A stretch of 64,000 nucleotides of DNA, from NCBI GenBank assembly GCA_965262915.1, contig OZ253564.1:2432001-2496000 (forward strand). Direction: 5' to 3'. The notes under the pieces were generated by a model. The model was not told the DNA's origin. It did not search any database and worked only from the letters and a program-made list of their open reading frames with translations. The stretch is from Candidatus Spongiisociaceae bacterium. GTDB taxonomy: Bacteria > Actinomycetota > Acidimicrobiia > Spongiisociales > Spongiisociaceae. The position numbers and the translations under genes were made by a program. Positions 19,962 through 30,585 of the stretch are shown here, in pieces; the stretch's first letter is position 1, and every line of letters begins with the position of its first letter.

Positions 19962-20287
19962 GGCGCAACCTTGGAGCGGACGGCGGCCCACACGATGGTC
20001 GCGGCCAGCCCCAGTGCGAGGAGCGCGCCGATCAGGTAGGCCAGGACACTCCACAGCGGCGTGTCCGGCAGGAGGTCCAGGGCCAGCCGCAGGCCTGCGA
20101 TCACCAGTAGCAGCCAACCCAGCGCGAACAGGACACCGCCGAGCAGGCTGAAACCGGCATACCGGGCGGTTCGCCGGAGGGGCGCGACCGCCTCCTGCTC
20201 GAGGTAGCCCTTCGACAACTCGAACAGTTCGGAGACCAGGCGGGGTATCTCGGCTTTATTCAATAGATCACCATGGGTGGCCAACAA
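19958..20287 (-). CDS. Holin-like (YqjE/phage_holin_3_6-type) membrane protein
   Basis: Amphipathic N-terminus (GYLEQEAVAPLRR) plus two TM helices; start uncertain. Confidence 0.65.
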   Translation of the reverse strand: MLATHGDLLNKAEIPRLVSELFELSKGYLEQEAVAPLRRTARYAGFSLLGGVLFALGWLLLVIAGLRLALDLLPDTPLWSVLAYLIGALLALGLAATIVWAAVRSKVAP

Positions 20288-20423
20288 GCGCGTTCCCGAT
20301 TCTAGGAGAATGCCGGAAAACGGTTAAAACGGCTGCCCCGTCGTCCGCTGACGTGGCATTTCGTCATCGACCGGCGGGCCAACGGGGGGTTTCCCAGCAG
20401 TCTCCGAGCGGCTGGGGCCCGCG

Positions 20424-21731
20424 TCAGAGGGCGGGGACATCGAAGATGACGCCCCCGAAGAGCAGCGAGGAGATCAGAGGCGTCCAGACGATGTTGGCGC
20501 CCTGGCCCAACAGGAAGGCGATGGCGGGACGGCCCTGCTCCATCGATACCAGGTTGCGGAAACGGGTCTCGAGGCCGATGGATACGAAGGCCAGAGCGAA
20601 CCACCAGGATCGCAGGCCTCTCATCAGGTCCCGGGTCGAGTCGACGAACTCGCTGCTCAGCACGAATGAGAACAGCAGGGAGGCGACGACGAAACCTAGG
20701 ACGAACTTGGGAAACCGCTCCCAGATCACCGAGACGGTGGGGCGCTCCCCGTTCCGGGAGTCGTTGCGGAAGGCCCACCACAGGGATATGGCGAAGGCCA
20801 CCAAGCCCAGCAGGGCGTTCTGGGAGAACTTGACGATCACCGCCGCGTTCAGTGCCGACTCGCCGAGGATCTCGCCGGCGGCCACCACCGCGCCGGAGGT
20901 GTCGATGGGTGATGGTACCGCCCAGCCACGCTCCCCCCACGATGGTGGACATGCCCGCACGTTCTACCACCCAGGGCATGAGGATGGTCATCGGGACGGC
21001 GACGACTAGAACAAGCGAGGTGACGTAGGAGAGTTCCCTGCGGTCTCCCGAGATGGCGCCGCATGCGGCGATCGCCGCGGAGACCCCGCAGATCGAGACC
21101 GCCGAGGCCAGCATGACCGAGAACTCGTCGTCCACCCGCAGCCGCCTCGATATCCGGAAGCAGAGGTACCAGACGACCAGGACGACCGCCAGGGCCTGGA
21201 CCACACCCAGCAGGCCCGCCCGGAGGATCTCCCCGAAGAGGACGTTGGTCCCGAGGATGACGAGCCCGGTCTTGATGTAGTACTCGGTCCGGATCGCCTC
21301 GCGCATCCGGGCGGGCACGCCCAACGCGTTGGAGATGAGGAGCCCGACGAGCAGCGCCACGATGACGTAGGTGATCGCCATTGCTTGAGGACCGCGTTGC
21401 CTGCGACGAACCGGCTCGTCCAGGCGAGCAGGAACACCGCCGGAAAACCGGCCGCGTAAGCCCCGACGCTGCGTCCCATCAGACGCACCCCACCAGCCGA
21501 GCCGACCATCAACAGGATCCCCACCAGCAGCACCGCCGCCACGCTCCCCGTGAACACGTCTCCGGGGCCTGCGGGGCCCCAGGAGAACGCCGGCATCACC
21601 GGCCGGACCCCGATCAGGACCAGGACTACGAGGGCGGCGCCCAGCCACACCGCCAACCAATCTTCGGAAGCACGCTTCCCGAGGCCGTTCGGGAGGCTGG
21701 TCAACGAGTCATCCCTCTCTCTCGCGTCCAT
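20424..21731 (-). pseudogene. YeiH/UPF0324 putative sulfate exporter, two frameshifts
   Basis: EDWLAVWLG, EYYIKTGLVILG, SICGVSAAIA, DTSGAVVAAG, WERFPKFVLGF lie in three different frames; shifts near 21380 and 20910. Confidence 0.85.
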
Positions 21732-21780
21732 GCACTCGTCGCTCGCCGCGTCCGGTGCGGAGGCTACCCTCGTCCTCTCG

Positions 21781-22704
21781 ATGTCGTACTCTCCCGGCCG
21801 GCCGGGCCGGCCACCCATCTTCTCCACGGCTGTGGGAACCCAGAGGGGACCGTTCGGGTGGCTGGAGTGGGTGCTGCTGACCGGAGTAGCCCTCATATGG
21901 GGTTCTTCGTACCTCCTCATCGACATCGGGCTCGACGCTCTGGCGCCTCCGGTCATCACGTGGATGCGGGTGACGCTCGGATTCGCGGTCCTGGTGGGTT
22001 TCCCGGCCGCCCGCCGCCCGGTGGACCGGTCGGACCGGCGACGGATCGTGGCCCTCGGGGTTGTCTGGACCACCGTCCCGTTCCTGCTCGGTCCCATCTC
22101 CCAGCAACACATCGACTCGGCTCTGGCGGGAATGCTCAACGGTCTCGTACCTATCTTCAGCGCCGCCATCGCCATGCTGCTGTTGCGGGCGCTGCCGGGA
22201 GTACGGCAGGTAGCGGGAATCCTCATCGGACTCGTCGGCGCGGTCAGCCTCGGGTTCCCCGTCGGAAGGGAGTCCCAGGCGGCCGCATGGGGGATCCTCC
22301 TGGCCGTGGTGGCTGCGATCCTCTACGGATTGGCGCTCAACATGGCCGTACCGTTGCAGCAGCGTTACGGGGCGCCGGCGGTGATGATGAGGGTCTTGGG
22401 GGTGGCGGCGGTGACCACCGCACCCTTCGGGATCGCCGGTCTGGGCCACTCGGCGTGGGAAGTCGCTCCCGTGGTGGCGGTGACGGTGCTGGGGATCCTC
22501 AACACGGGCGCCGCGTTCGTGATCATGACAGTCTTCGTCGGGCGCGTGGGCCCCACCCGTGGGGGCGTGGCCATCTACTTCCTGCCGATCGTCGCCATGG
22601 TGCTGGGCGTGGTGTTCCGGTCCGAGGTCGTGCTGCCGCTGCAATGGGCCGGGACCGGCCTGGTGCTCGTCGGAGCCTTCCTGACGAGCAGGCGCGAAAC
22701 CTGA
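21781..22704 (+). CDS. EamA/DMT family transporter, copy 1
   Basis: IWGSSY, AQQHIDSALAG-like motif, about 10 TM segments; 307 aa. Confidence 0.92.
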   Translation: MSYSPGRPGRPPIFSTAVGTQRGPFGWLEWVLLTGVALIWGSSYLLIDIGLDALAPPVITWMRVTLGFAVLVGFPAARRPVDRSDRRRIVALGVVWTTVPFLLGPISQQHIDSALAGMLNGLVPIFSAAIAMLLLRALPGVRQVAGILIGLVGAVSLGFPVGRESQAAAWGILLAVVAAILYGLALNMAVPLQQRYGAPAVMMRVLGVAAVTTAPFGIAGLGHSAWEVAPVVAVTVLGILNTGAAFVIMTVFVGRVGPTRGGVAIYFLPIVAMVLGVVFRSEVVLPLQWAGTGLVLVGAFLTSRRET

Positions 22705-22817
22705 CCGGGGCGACCGTGATGGGCAGTCCGGTTCTGCTACTGCCACCACCGGGACATGTTCAGCCTTGTTCTGAACCGTGTCGGGCGCCTACGGCCCCGG
22801 CTACTCTCGTCCCTCTG

Positions 22818-23742
22818 ATGTCCCAGGCTTCCCGCCGCTCCGGCCGCAGACCCATATTCTCCACTGCTCCCGGAACGCACCTCGGACCTTTCGGGTTGGT
22901 CGAATGGGCTCTGTTCTCCCGGCGTGGCGCTCATCTGGGGTTCCTCCTACCTGCTTATCGACATCAGCCTGGAAGCCCTTGCCCCATGGGCTATTACCTG
23001 GGTGAGGGTGATGTTCGGCCTCGTGGTCCTGGCGGCGTTTCCGATTGCCCGCCGCCCGGTGGACCGGGCCGACTGGTGGCGGATCGGGGTGCTGGCGATG
23101 ACCTGGAACGCCGTTCCGTTCATCCTTTTCCCTATCGCCCAGCAGCACATCGACTCGGCGCTCGCCGGTATGTTGAACGCACCGATACCGATCTACAGCG
23201 CAGCCATCGCGGTCGTGCTGCTGCGCAGGCTCCCACGGTTGCGCCAGACGGTAGGTATCGCTCTCGGACTGCTGGGAGCGATCGGTATCGGCCTTCCCGC
23301 TGTCCGGGACTCGGCCGCCGGCTCTTTCGGCGTGCTGCTCGTAGTTACTGCGACCCTGCTGTACGGTCTGTCGATCAACCTGGCGGTTCCGCTCCAGCAG
23401 CGCTACGGAGCTCCGGCGGTGATCATGCGGGCCCTGGCCGTGACGGCGGTTGTCACCATGCCGCTCGGGATGATCGGCCTGGCCGGATCGGAATGGAAGA
23501 CCGGCTCGATCGTGGCTGTGACCCTGCTCGGCATCGTCAATACCGGCATGGCGTACGTGATCATGGCCTCGTTGGTGGGACGGGTGGGCTCCACCCGAGG
23601 GAGCGTGGCGGTGTACTTCCTTCCGATCGTCGCCATGGTCCTCGGGGTTGTGTTCCGAGACGAGATCATCCTGCCCTTGCAGATAGCCGGAACCGGTCTG
23701 GTCTTCCTGGGTGCCTGGCTGACCAGCCGGCGCGAGGAGTAA
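22818..23742 (+). pseudogene. EamA/DMT transporter copy 2, +1 frameshift
   Basis: 925 bp versus 924 in intact copies; extra C in TTCTCCCGGC near 22920. Confidence 0.85.
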
Positions 23743-23933
23743 CTGATCTTCAGCGCGGCCATGGCGATGGTGCTCTTGCGCGACCTGGCGGGCTTTTCTT
23801 CTTCATCCGGCCGGAGTCCTGACCGGCGTCGGTCGGGGTGGGCGGTCCGGTCGGCTACTGCTTCCCCTGGGGTGTGCTTCAGCTGTTCGGGACCGGCGTA
23901 GGGAGACGAACCGCGGCTACTCTCGTCCTTCCG

Positions 23934-24857
23934 ATGTCTCACACCTCCCCTCGCTCCGCCCGCAGACCTTTGTTCTCCACGGCCCAGGGATCGCAGCTCG
24001 GGCCGTTCAGGCTGGTCGAATGGGCACTGCTCTCCGGCGTGGGGCTCATCTGGGGGTCTTCGTTCCTGCTCATCGAGATCGGCCTGGCGTCGCTGGCACC
24101 CCCCACCATTACCTGGGTGAGGGTCACGCTGGGTTTCCTGGTCCTGACGGCCTTTCCGGCAGCCCGCAGGTCGGTGGAACGGGCCGACTACCGGCGTATC
24201 GCACTGCTGGGAATCACCTGGGTCTTCGTGCCGTTCCTCATGTTCCCCATAGCCCAGCAACACATCGACTCGGCCCTGGCCGGGATGCTGAACGCCATGG
24301 TTCCGATCTTCAGCACGTCGATCGCGATAGTGCTGATGCGCTCCCTACCCCGGCTCCGCCCAGCCGTCGGCATAGTGCTCGGCTTCGCCGGGGCGATCAG
24401 CATCGGTCTCCCGGCCGCCCGCGATTCGCCCGCTGCTGCATGGGGGGTGTTGCTCTTGGTTCTGGCAACCCTCTTCTACGGCCTTTCCCTCAACCTGGCG
24501 GTCCCCCTCCAGCAGCGGTACGGGGCTCCCGTCGTGATGATGAGGGCGATCGGGGTGGCCGCTGTCGCCACCGCTCCCTTCGGCCTCGCCGGCCTGGCCG
24601 ATTCCCAATGGAGCCTCGGTCCGGTCCTGGCGGTGATCGTGCTGGGAGTCATCAACACCGGCGCCGCGTTCGTGATCATGACGGCTTTCCTAGGCAGAGT
24701 CGGCCCCACTCGTGGAGGTGCGGCCGTGTACTTAATCCCCATCGTTGCGATGGTGCTGGGGGTGGCGTTCCGTTCGGAGGTCATTCTGCCCCTGCAGTGG
24801 GCCGGAACCGGAGTCGTCCTTTTCGGAGCCTGGCTCACAAGCCGCCGCGACTCTTGA
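23934..24857 (+). CDS. EamA/DMT family transporter, copy 3
   Basis: 307 aa, collinear with the other copies. Confidence 0.92.
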   Translation: MSHTSPRSARRPLFSTAQGSQLGPFRLVEWALLSGVGLIWGSSFLLIEIGLASLAPPTITWVRVTLGFLVLTAFPAARRSVERADYRRIALLGITWVFVPFLMFPIAQQHIDSALAGMLNAMVPIFSTSIAIVLMRSLPRLRPAVGIVLGFAGAISIGLPAARDSPAAAWGVLLLVLATLFYGLSLNLAVPLQQRYGAPVVMMRAIGVAAVATAPFGLAGLADSQWSLGPVLAVIVLGVINTGAAFVIMTAFLGRVGPTRGGAAVYLIPIVAMVLGVAFRSEVILPLQWAGTGVVLFGAWLTSRRDS

Positions 24858-25160
24858 TGGGTGTGTTGAGAGATGTGACGCGTCGGCAAATCCACAACAC
24901 CACCAGCCGATCCCCTTTGGACCGCTCCGGCCCCACATTTCGGCCGGGGCAAACGGGAACGGACCACCACGCAAGCAGATACCCGTCCCCGGGGTTGCCG
25001 GATCCCGACAGTTCAGCATCGCTCAGATCCACCAGCGGCTCGCAGAGCCGACCTCTCCCCACCTTTTTGGGCGACGGCTCAACTATCGTGGTGTGACAAC
25101 CGGAGGGGCCCAGGCAGGCGGACGGCGTAACCGGATGTCGGCCGGGAAGCTAGGTGCAAG

Positions 25161-26537
25161 ATGCTCATTGCCTTATACGTAAAGAACTTCAAGAGTATCA
25201 AGGAGGCCCGCGTTCGGTTTGGACCGTTCACTTGCTTTATCGGTCACAATGGGGTCGGCAAGAGTAATATGTTTGATGCGGTTTACTTTCTCAGTGAGCT
25301 TGCCGAGCGAGATATATCTGAGGCGGCGGTCAGAGTCAGGCGTACAAGTGGTGGTGGGCACTCTCCTCTGGATCTCGTCTTCGGACGAGAGCCTAATCAT
25401 ATGATTGAGCTTTGTGCCGATATGATAGTTCCATCCGAGGTAACTGACGACTTCGACGAACCGTCCAAGCCTAGTACTACCCTTCTCAAATATACGGTGA
25501 AGCTACGCTATGCGCCGGACTCTGATCGTCTTCTTGTTGAATACGAAAGCCTGACACATGTGAAACTAGGGGATTACAAGAACTTTGTCGCATTTCCATC
25601 GTCGCCAAGCTTCAAGGGTTCGGTTGCTTTAGGGTCTAGAAGGGGTGGACCATTGATCTCTACCAAGAGTGATCGCATCATGCTCCACGGTGACGGCGGA
25701 AGCCGCGGACGCCCGGCACCGGTGGGTAGATCGCCTCTCACGGTTGTAGGAGGCACCAATACATCCGACTACCCGACCGTGCTCGCTGCTAAGCGGGAGA
25801 TGTCGTCGTGGCGCGTGCTACACCTCGAGCCGAGTGCGATGAGAAGTCCTGACACACGGTGGGCACGACCTCAACACGTATCCGCCTCAGGCGGTCGCAT
25901 CCCCGCCACACTTCATGCTCTCATAAAGCGGGACCCTGATTCGAGCTCAGAAATCGTCTACCGACTGAGACAACTCAACTCGGACATAGAGGAACTGGGA
26001 GTCTACATCGACGAAGCAGGAGATCAGATCGCGCTCCGGGCGCGAATCATGGGGGTCGACAATTGGCTCTATGCTCGTTCCCTGTCCGATGGTACTCTTC
26101 GCTACATAGCGCTGGCTTTGATGTTGGTCGATGTTCGGGATCGAGCTGTCTTGTGCATTGAAGAACCTGAGAACGGTATCCATCCGTCACGAATACCAAA
26201 CCTCGTTGAGTTACTTCGCGACTACGCGGTTGATACCCAAGGGATGGTTGCTTCCGACAATCCCCTCCGCCAGATCATAGTTAATTCTCATTCTCCAGAA
26301 GTGGCTAGACAACTCTCATTCAGCGACATCGTGTTCGTCGAGCGGGCACTCACGAGCATGGGTGGCCCGATCAGTGTCTTCCGGCCGGTCATGGACACTT
26401 GGCGTGTAGGCCTACCAAACGGGAAGGAGACAACGGCACTACCGATCAGTAGGAAGGCTGTTGCAGACTTCATCGGTGGATCACCCGTCGGCCACGAGAT
26501 AGGCCAGTTGAGGCTAGCGTTCGGTACCGCCAGGTGA
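25161..26537 (+). CDS. ABC-type (AAA_21/AAA_15-like) ATPase
   Basis: Walker A GHNGVGKS, signature LSDGTLR, Walker B IEEPENGIHP, H-loop NSHSP; lower GC than flanks. Confidence 0.9.
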   Translation: MLIALYVKNFKSIKEARVRFGPFTCFIGHNGVGKSNMFDAVYFLSELAERDISEAAVRVRRTSGGGHSPLDLVFGREPNHMIELCADMIVPSEVTDDFDEPSKPSTTLLKYTVKLRYAPDSDRLLVEYESLTHVKLGDYKNFVAFPSSPSFKGSVALGSRRGGPLISTKSDRIMLHGDGGSRGRPAPVGRSPLTVVGGTNTSDYPTVLAAKREMSSWRVLHLEPSAMRSPDTRWARPQHVSASGGRIPATLHALIKRDPDSSSEIVYRLRQLNSDIEELGVYIDEAGDQIALRARIMGVDNWLYARSLSDGTLRYIALALMLVDVRDRAVLCIEEPENGIHPSRIPNLVELLRDYAVDTQGMVASDNPLRQIIVNSHSPEVARQLSFSDIVFVERALTSMGGPISVFRPVMDTWRVGLPNGKETTALPISRKAVADFIGGSPVGHEIGQLRLAFGTAR

Positions 26538-27150
26538 GTCGCCAGTTAACATTTCCGTTGTAGCTGACGGTGGTATCGATCGGTTTCTCGTACCAATAAT
26601 CCAATGGGCGATTCATCGGCTTGATCCTCAAGTTGAGATCCTCGAGCCGGAGTTCTTGAAACGATCCGGAAGTGTCAAGGAGTTCTTGAATAGCTACGAC
26701 CCAGATGTGATGCTCATATTCGTTCACCGAGATTCAGAGAACCTCACGCTCGAGGAATGTATGACGGAGTTCGAATCGGTCAATAGGTCCAACCGTGTTC
26801 CTGTAATCTCCGTTCGTATGTCTGAAGCTTGGATACTATTCAGTGGAATCACGATCGCCCGGGCTGCCGGTTCATCCGCTTCATCCGCGTACGCAGTATC
26901 CACACCCAGAATCTCCGATATCGAGACTATTTCGAATCCGAAGAGGCGCTTGGATACGCTTCTCCTTGAGGCGGCAGGATCTCCATCAGGTCGCCGTGGG
27001 AGAAACTTCAAACGGTCCATCATTGAGCGCCGTGTAAGCGTTGGCTCATTCATATTCGATTACAGTCCTCTAGAAAACTTAGAGGCATTTCTTTCTTTTC
27101 AAGATCACCTCCAACGCTACTATCCCTACAAGCATGTGATCGGCCCGTAA
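26534..27150 (+). pseudogene. DUF4276/TOPRIM-like partner of the ATPase, -1 frameshift near the 5' end
   Basis: GTG overlaps the ATPase stop; MSRQLTF continues as SVVADGGIDRFL...FVHRDSE...RMSEAWIL only after a 1-nt shift at ~26552. Confidence 0.7.
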
Positions 27151-27441
27151 CCACCGGGGCGTCGCCTTGGAATCTTGCGGACGGCTCACGCGCTCAACTG
27201 AAACGCCCGAGACGCTGTACGAAGCACGACTTCATGGTGCAGGGCCGTCGAGAGGTCCGTATCCTCTACCCGCTCAAGCGTGGGGGTGTCGGGAACCTGA
27301 TCATGTAACTCTCTACAGATGCTCATGTGCGGCATCGACGCCTCCTGTGCTACCGGTCTGAAGGTCACGCTCGCTTGGCCACATCACCGACGAGAGGGAA
27401 CCCGGCCGTCCTGGGTGTGCTAGCGGGAGCCACCTTGATAG

Positions 27442-28152
27442 TTAGGGGCGTCGGCTCCGAGCGTGGGCGCGCTTCCGGGTTGGTTTCCAAGGAACTACGA
27501 ACTCTTTCCCGTCGTCAGTGTCCGCGACTGTGAGTGCGGGCATGTTCGGATGTCGCCATTTGGAGACTTCGGGTGGGTTGCCTTTGCGTCTGTTGCAGTA
27601 GGTGTGGGCGGCTTGTAGGTTGTCAAGTTTGTGGAGGCGGCTCTTGTAGCGGGTTCCCTCTACGGCCTTGCCTCCCTTGCGGATGTCGAACACGGCGAAG
27701 ACCTTGGGGACTATGTGCTCGATGTGGGCGCCTTTGAGCTTCATCTCCCCCGCGCAGAGCCCGCATCGGCGGCCATCCCGCTTGAATACGTAGTGGAGCA
27801 CTTTGTCGCGATGCTCCGGGTTCCAACGTCCGGTCACGTCGGGTTCATCCGACTCCAGCTGCCAGCGTTGAACCTTGTCGACGGTCTCGACCACCGTGCC
27901 GACCGCTGTGAGAACCCTGTCCCGCCATCCACGGGACTCGCCTCCATTAACGGAAGGTTCGTCGTCCGGCAGGATCGGGGCAGGGCGCTCCCCAACGTCG
28001 CTTTCGGGATGGTCGGGTGGCGGGTCGGACACGATGCCGCGGCATTTCGGGAAGTTCGGACAGCCCCAGAACTCGCTTCCCTGGTGTTGGCCTCGGCGGG
28101 CGGTCCGCCGGACCATCGGGCTGTCACAGCGCGGGCACGAAGGCGGAGACAT
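27442..28152 (-). CDS. Topoisomerase-type C4 zinc finger + HNH endonuclease
   Basis: CPRCDSPMVRR...FWGCPNFPKC; RDGRRCGLC...HIEHIVP...NLQAAHTYCNRRKG. Confidence 0.85.
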   Translation of the reverse strand: MSPPSCPRCDSPMVRRTARRGQHQGSEFWGCPNFPKCRGIVSDPPPDHPESDVGERPAPILPDDEPSVNGGESRGWRDRVLTAVGTVVETVDKVQRWQLESDEPDVTGRWNPEHRDKVLHYVFKRDGRRCGLCAGEMKLKGAHIEHIVPKVFAVFDIRKGGKAVEGTRYKSRLHKLDNLQAAHTYCNRRKGNPPEVSKWRHPNMPALTVADTDDGKEFVVPWKPTRKRAHARSRRP

Positions 28153-28309
28153 AGGCGTATTGATGACAAATCCTTGCGAGACACTCGGAGTCCTACAAGA
28201 GCAACTCTCGGCACTGTTTGTCAAGACGAAAGCCTCGGTACCCATCGACCACCTTCGGCCGCGTGGGGCCGTAACGGGGGTTCGATCCCCGGCTACTGTC
28301 GTCCCTCTG

Positions 28310-28435
28310 ATATCCCAGGCTGGCCGATCCGGCCGCAGAACCATATTCTCCACTGCTCCCGGAACGCAGCTCGGGCCGTTCGGGTTGATCGAATGGGCTT
28401 TGTTCGCCGGCGTGGCACTCATATGGGGTTCTTCT
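28310..28435 (+). pseudogene. 5' fragment of an EamA copy (copy 4), ATG mutated to ATA
   Basis: ISQAGRSGRRTIFSTAPGTQLGPFGLIEWALFAGVALIWGSS, closest to copy 2; promoter motif retained. Confidence 0.85.
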
Positions 28436-28519
28436 CGGACGCTGACCCCCATTGGGACGGGTCCACCTGTCCTAGGTCGGCATTGGGTGTAGACCGGCAC
28501 GGCTACTCTCGTTTCTCTT

Positions 28520-29443
28520 ATGTCCCAGGGTTCCCGCCTCTCCGGCCGCCGTCGAGTACTTTCCACCGCCCAGGGATCTAAGCTCGGGCCCTTCGGGCTG
28601 GTTGAGTGGGCGTTGCTCTCCGGTGTCGCGCTCCTCTGGGGTTCGGCGTTTCTCCTCATCGAGATAGGCCTGGAGTCGCTGGCCCCCCCGACGATCACCT
28701 GGATCAGGGTTACGCTGGGATTCCTGGTCCTGACGGCTTTTCCGGCAGCTCGTAAGAAGGTCGACCGGAGCGACTATCCCCGCGTGGCGTTGCTTGGGAT
28801 CACCTGGGTCGGCGTGCCGTTCCTGTTGTTCCCGATAGCGCAGCAGCACATCGATTCGGCGCTGGCCGGGATGTTGAACGGCATGGTCCCGATCTTCAGC
28901 GCTTCGATAGCGATGGTTCTGATGCGCTCGCTCCCCAGGATCCCCCAAGCGGTCGGCATCACGCTCGGAGTCGCCGGGGCGATCAGCATCAGCCTCCCGG
29001 TCGTCCGTGAGTCGGCCGCCGGCGCGTGGGGAGTGCTCCTCATAGTCATAGCAAACCTCCTCTACGGCGTCTCCCACAACCTGGTGGTCCCGCTCCAGCA
29101 ACGCTATGGAGCCCCCGCGGTGATGATGAGAGCGATCGGGGTGGCGGTTGTCGCCACCGCTCCCTTCGGCCTGGCCGGCCTAGCCGACTCGCAATGGAGC
29201 ATCGGTCCGGTCATGGCGGTAGTCATGATGGGAGTCATCCAAACCGGCGCCGCCTTCGTGTTCATGACAGCGCTCGTCGGAAGGGTCGGCGCGACGCGAG
29301 GCGGTGTGGCCATCTACTTCATTCCCATCGTCGCCATGGTCCTCGGCGTCGTGTTCCGTTCCGAGACCGTGCTCGCCGTCCAGTGGGCCGGAACCGCAGT
29401 AGTGCTGGTCGGCGCATGGCTGACCAGCCGCCGCGAGGCCTGA
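28520..29443 (+). CDS. EamA/DMT family transporter, copy 5
   Basis: 307 aa, intact. Confidence 0.92.
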   Translation: MSQGSRLSGRRRVLSTAQGSKLGPFGLVEWALLSGVALLWGSAFLLIEIGLESLAPPTITWIRVTLGFLVLTAFPAARKKVDRSDYPRVALLGITWVGVPFLLFPIAQQHIDSALAGMLNGMVPIFSASIAMVLMRSLPRIPQAVGITLGVAGAISISLPVVRESAAGAWGVLLIVIANLLYGVSHNLVVPLQQRYGAPAVMMRAIGVAVVATAPFGLAGLADSQWSIGPVMAVVMMGVIQTGAAFVFMTALVGRVGATRGGVAIYFIPIVAMVLGVVFRSETVLAVQWAGTAVVLVGAWLTSRREA

Positions 29444-29553
29444 GCGGTTGCAACCGAGAGCAGTCAAGTTGCTCTAGAGCCATCCCCCGGTCGCGTTCCG
29501 CTTGTCGGGGCCGGCAAATGACGTCGGTTAGCCCGGCTACCGTGCGCTCTCCC

Positions 29554-30478
29554 ATGCCCCCCCAACGCTCGTCGAGCACCGGCCGACGACCCCTGCCTAC
29601 CGCCGCCCAGGGATCGAAACTCGGACCGTTCGGCCTGCCCGAATGGGCCTTGCTCACCGGCGTCGCCCTTATCTGGGGGTCCTCCTTCCTCCTTATCGAG
29701 ATCGGCCTCGAGTCACTGGAACCCCCTGTGATCACCTGGGTCAGGGTCACTCTCGGTTTCCTGGTGCTCGCGGCCTTTCCGGCAGCCCGCAGGCCGGTAG
29801 ACCGGGCCGACTACCCGCGCATCGTGTTCCTGGGCGTCACCTGGGTGGTAGTGCCGTTCATCGCATTCCCCGTCGCCCAACAGCACATCGACTCGGCGCT
29901 GGCGGGGATGCTGAACGCCCTGGTCCCCATCTACAGCACCGCGATCACCATGGTGCTGGCCCGCACTCCCCCGCGTTCGCCAAGCCGCAGGAATCCTGGT
30001 CGGATTCGCCGGAGCGATCAGCATCAGCCTCCCGGCCGTCCGGGACTCGGCCGCCAGCGCCTGGGGCGTGTTTCTGGTGGTACTCGCGACCTTCATGTAC
30101 GGGGTTTCCATCAACGTTGCCGGTCCGCTCCAGCAACGCTATGGAGCCCCCGCCGTGATGATGAGAGCGATCGGTGTGGCGACCGTGCTCACCGCCCCGT
30201 TCGGCTTGGCCGCTCTACCCGGCTCCGAATGGAGCGCCGGCCCTGCCCTGGCCGTGGTACTGCTGGGTGTCATCAACACCGGCGCCGCCTTCGTGATCTT
30301 GGCAGCTTTCGTGGGCAGGGTGGGCCCGACCCGCGGGAGCGTGGCCGTCTATTTCATTCCTATCGTTGCCATGGTCCTCGGCGTGGCGTTCCGTTCCGAG
30401 GTCGTGCTCCCCGTCCAGTGGGCCGGAACCGTAGTGGTGCTGTTCGGCGCGTGGCTCACCAGCCGCCGCGAGTCCTGA
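29554..30478 (+). pseudogene. EamA/DMT transporter copy 6, frameshift near 29977
   Basis: N-terminal half in ORF 29026-30498, C-terminal half in ORF 30068-30478; apparent 2-nt deletion. Confidence 0.85.
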
Positions 30479-30585
30479 GCAGCAAGATCGAACGGTGAGT
30501 TCCGCTACGGCTAACGCTCGGTCAGTTTCGACCTGTCCCGGACCGGCGTTGGACGTCGGTCAGCCCGGCTACGCTCCTTCGCCTG

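Noticed and set aside
19958-20287. Prophage suggested by the holin-like gene
   Set aside because: No other phage genes; this membrane-protein pair is a common chromosomal feature in Actinobacteria.
24858-25100. IS-like end GGGTGTGTTGAGAG and a minus-strand TGTCAC at ~25093
   Set aside because: No matching opposite terminus, no -10 box at N10, and no similarity to the ncRNA body.
29522-30575. CGTCGG-N10-TANNNT before EamA copies 6 and 7 as PafBC sites
   Set aside because: First base mismatches, the motif is absent from the other five copies, and such GC-rich hexamers arise by chance.
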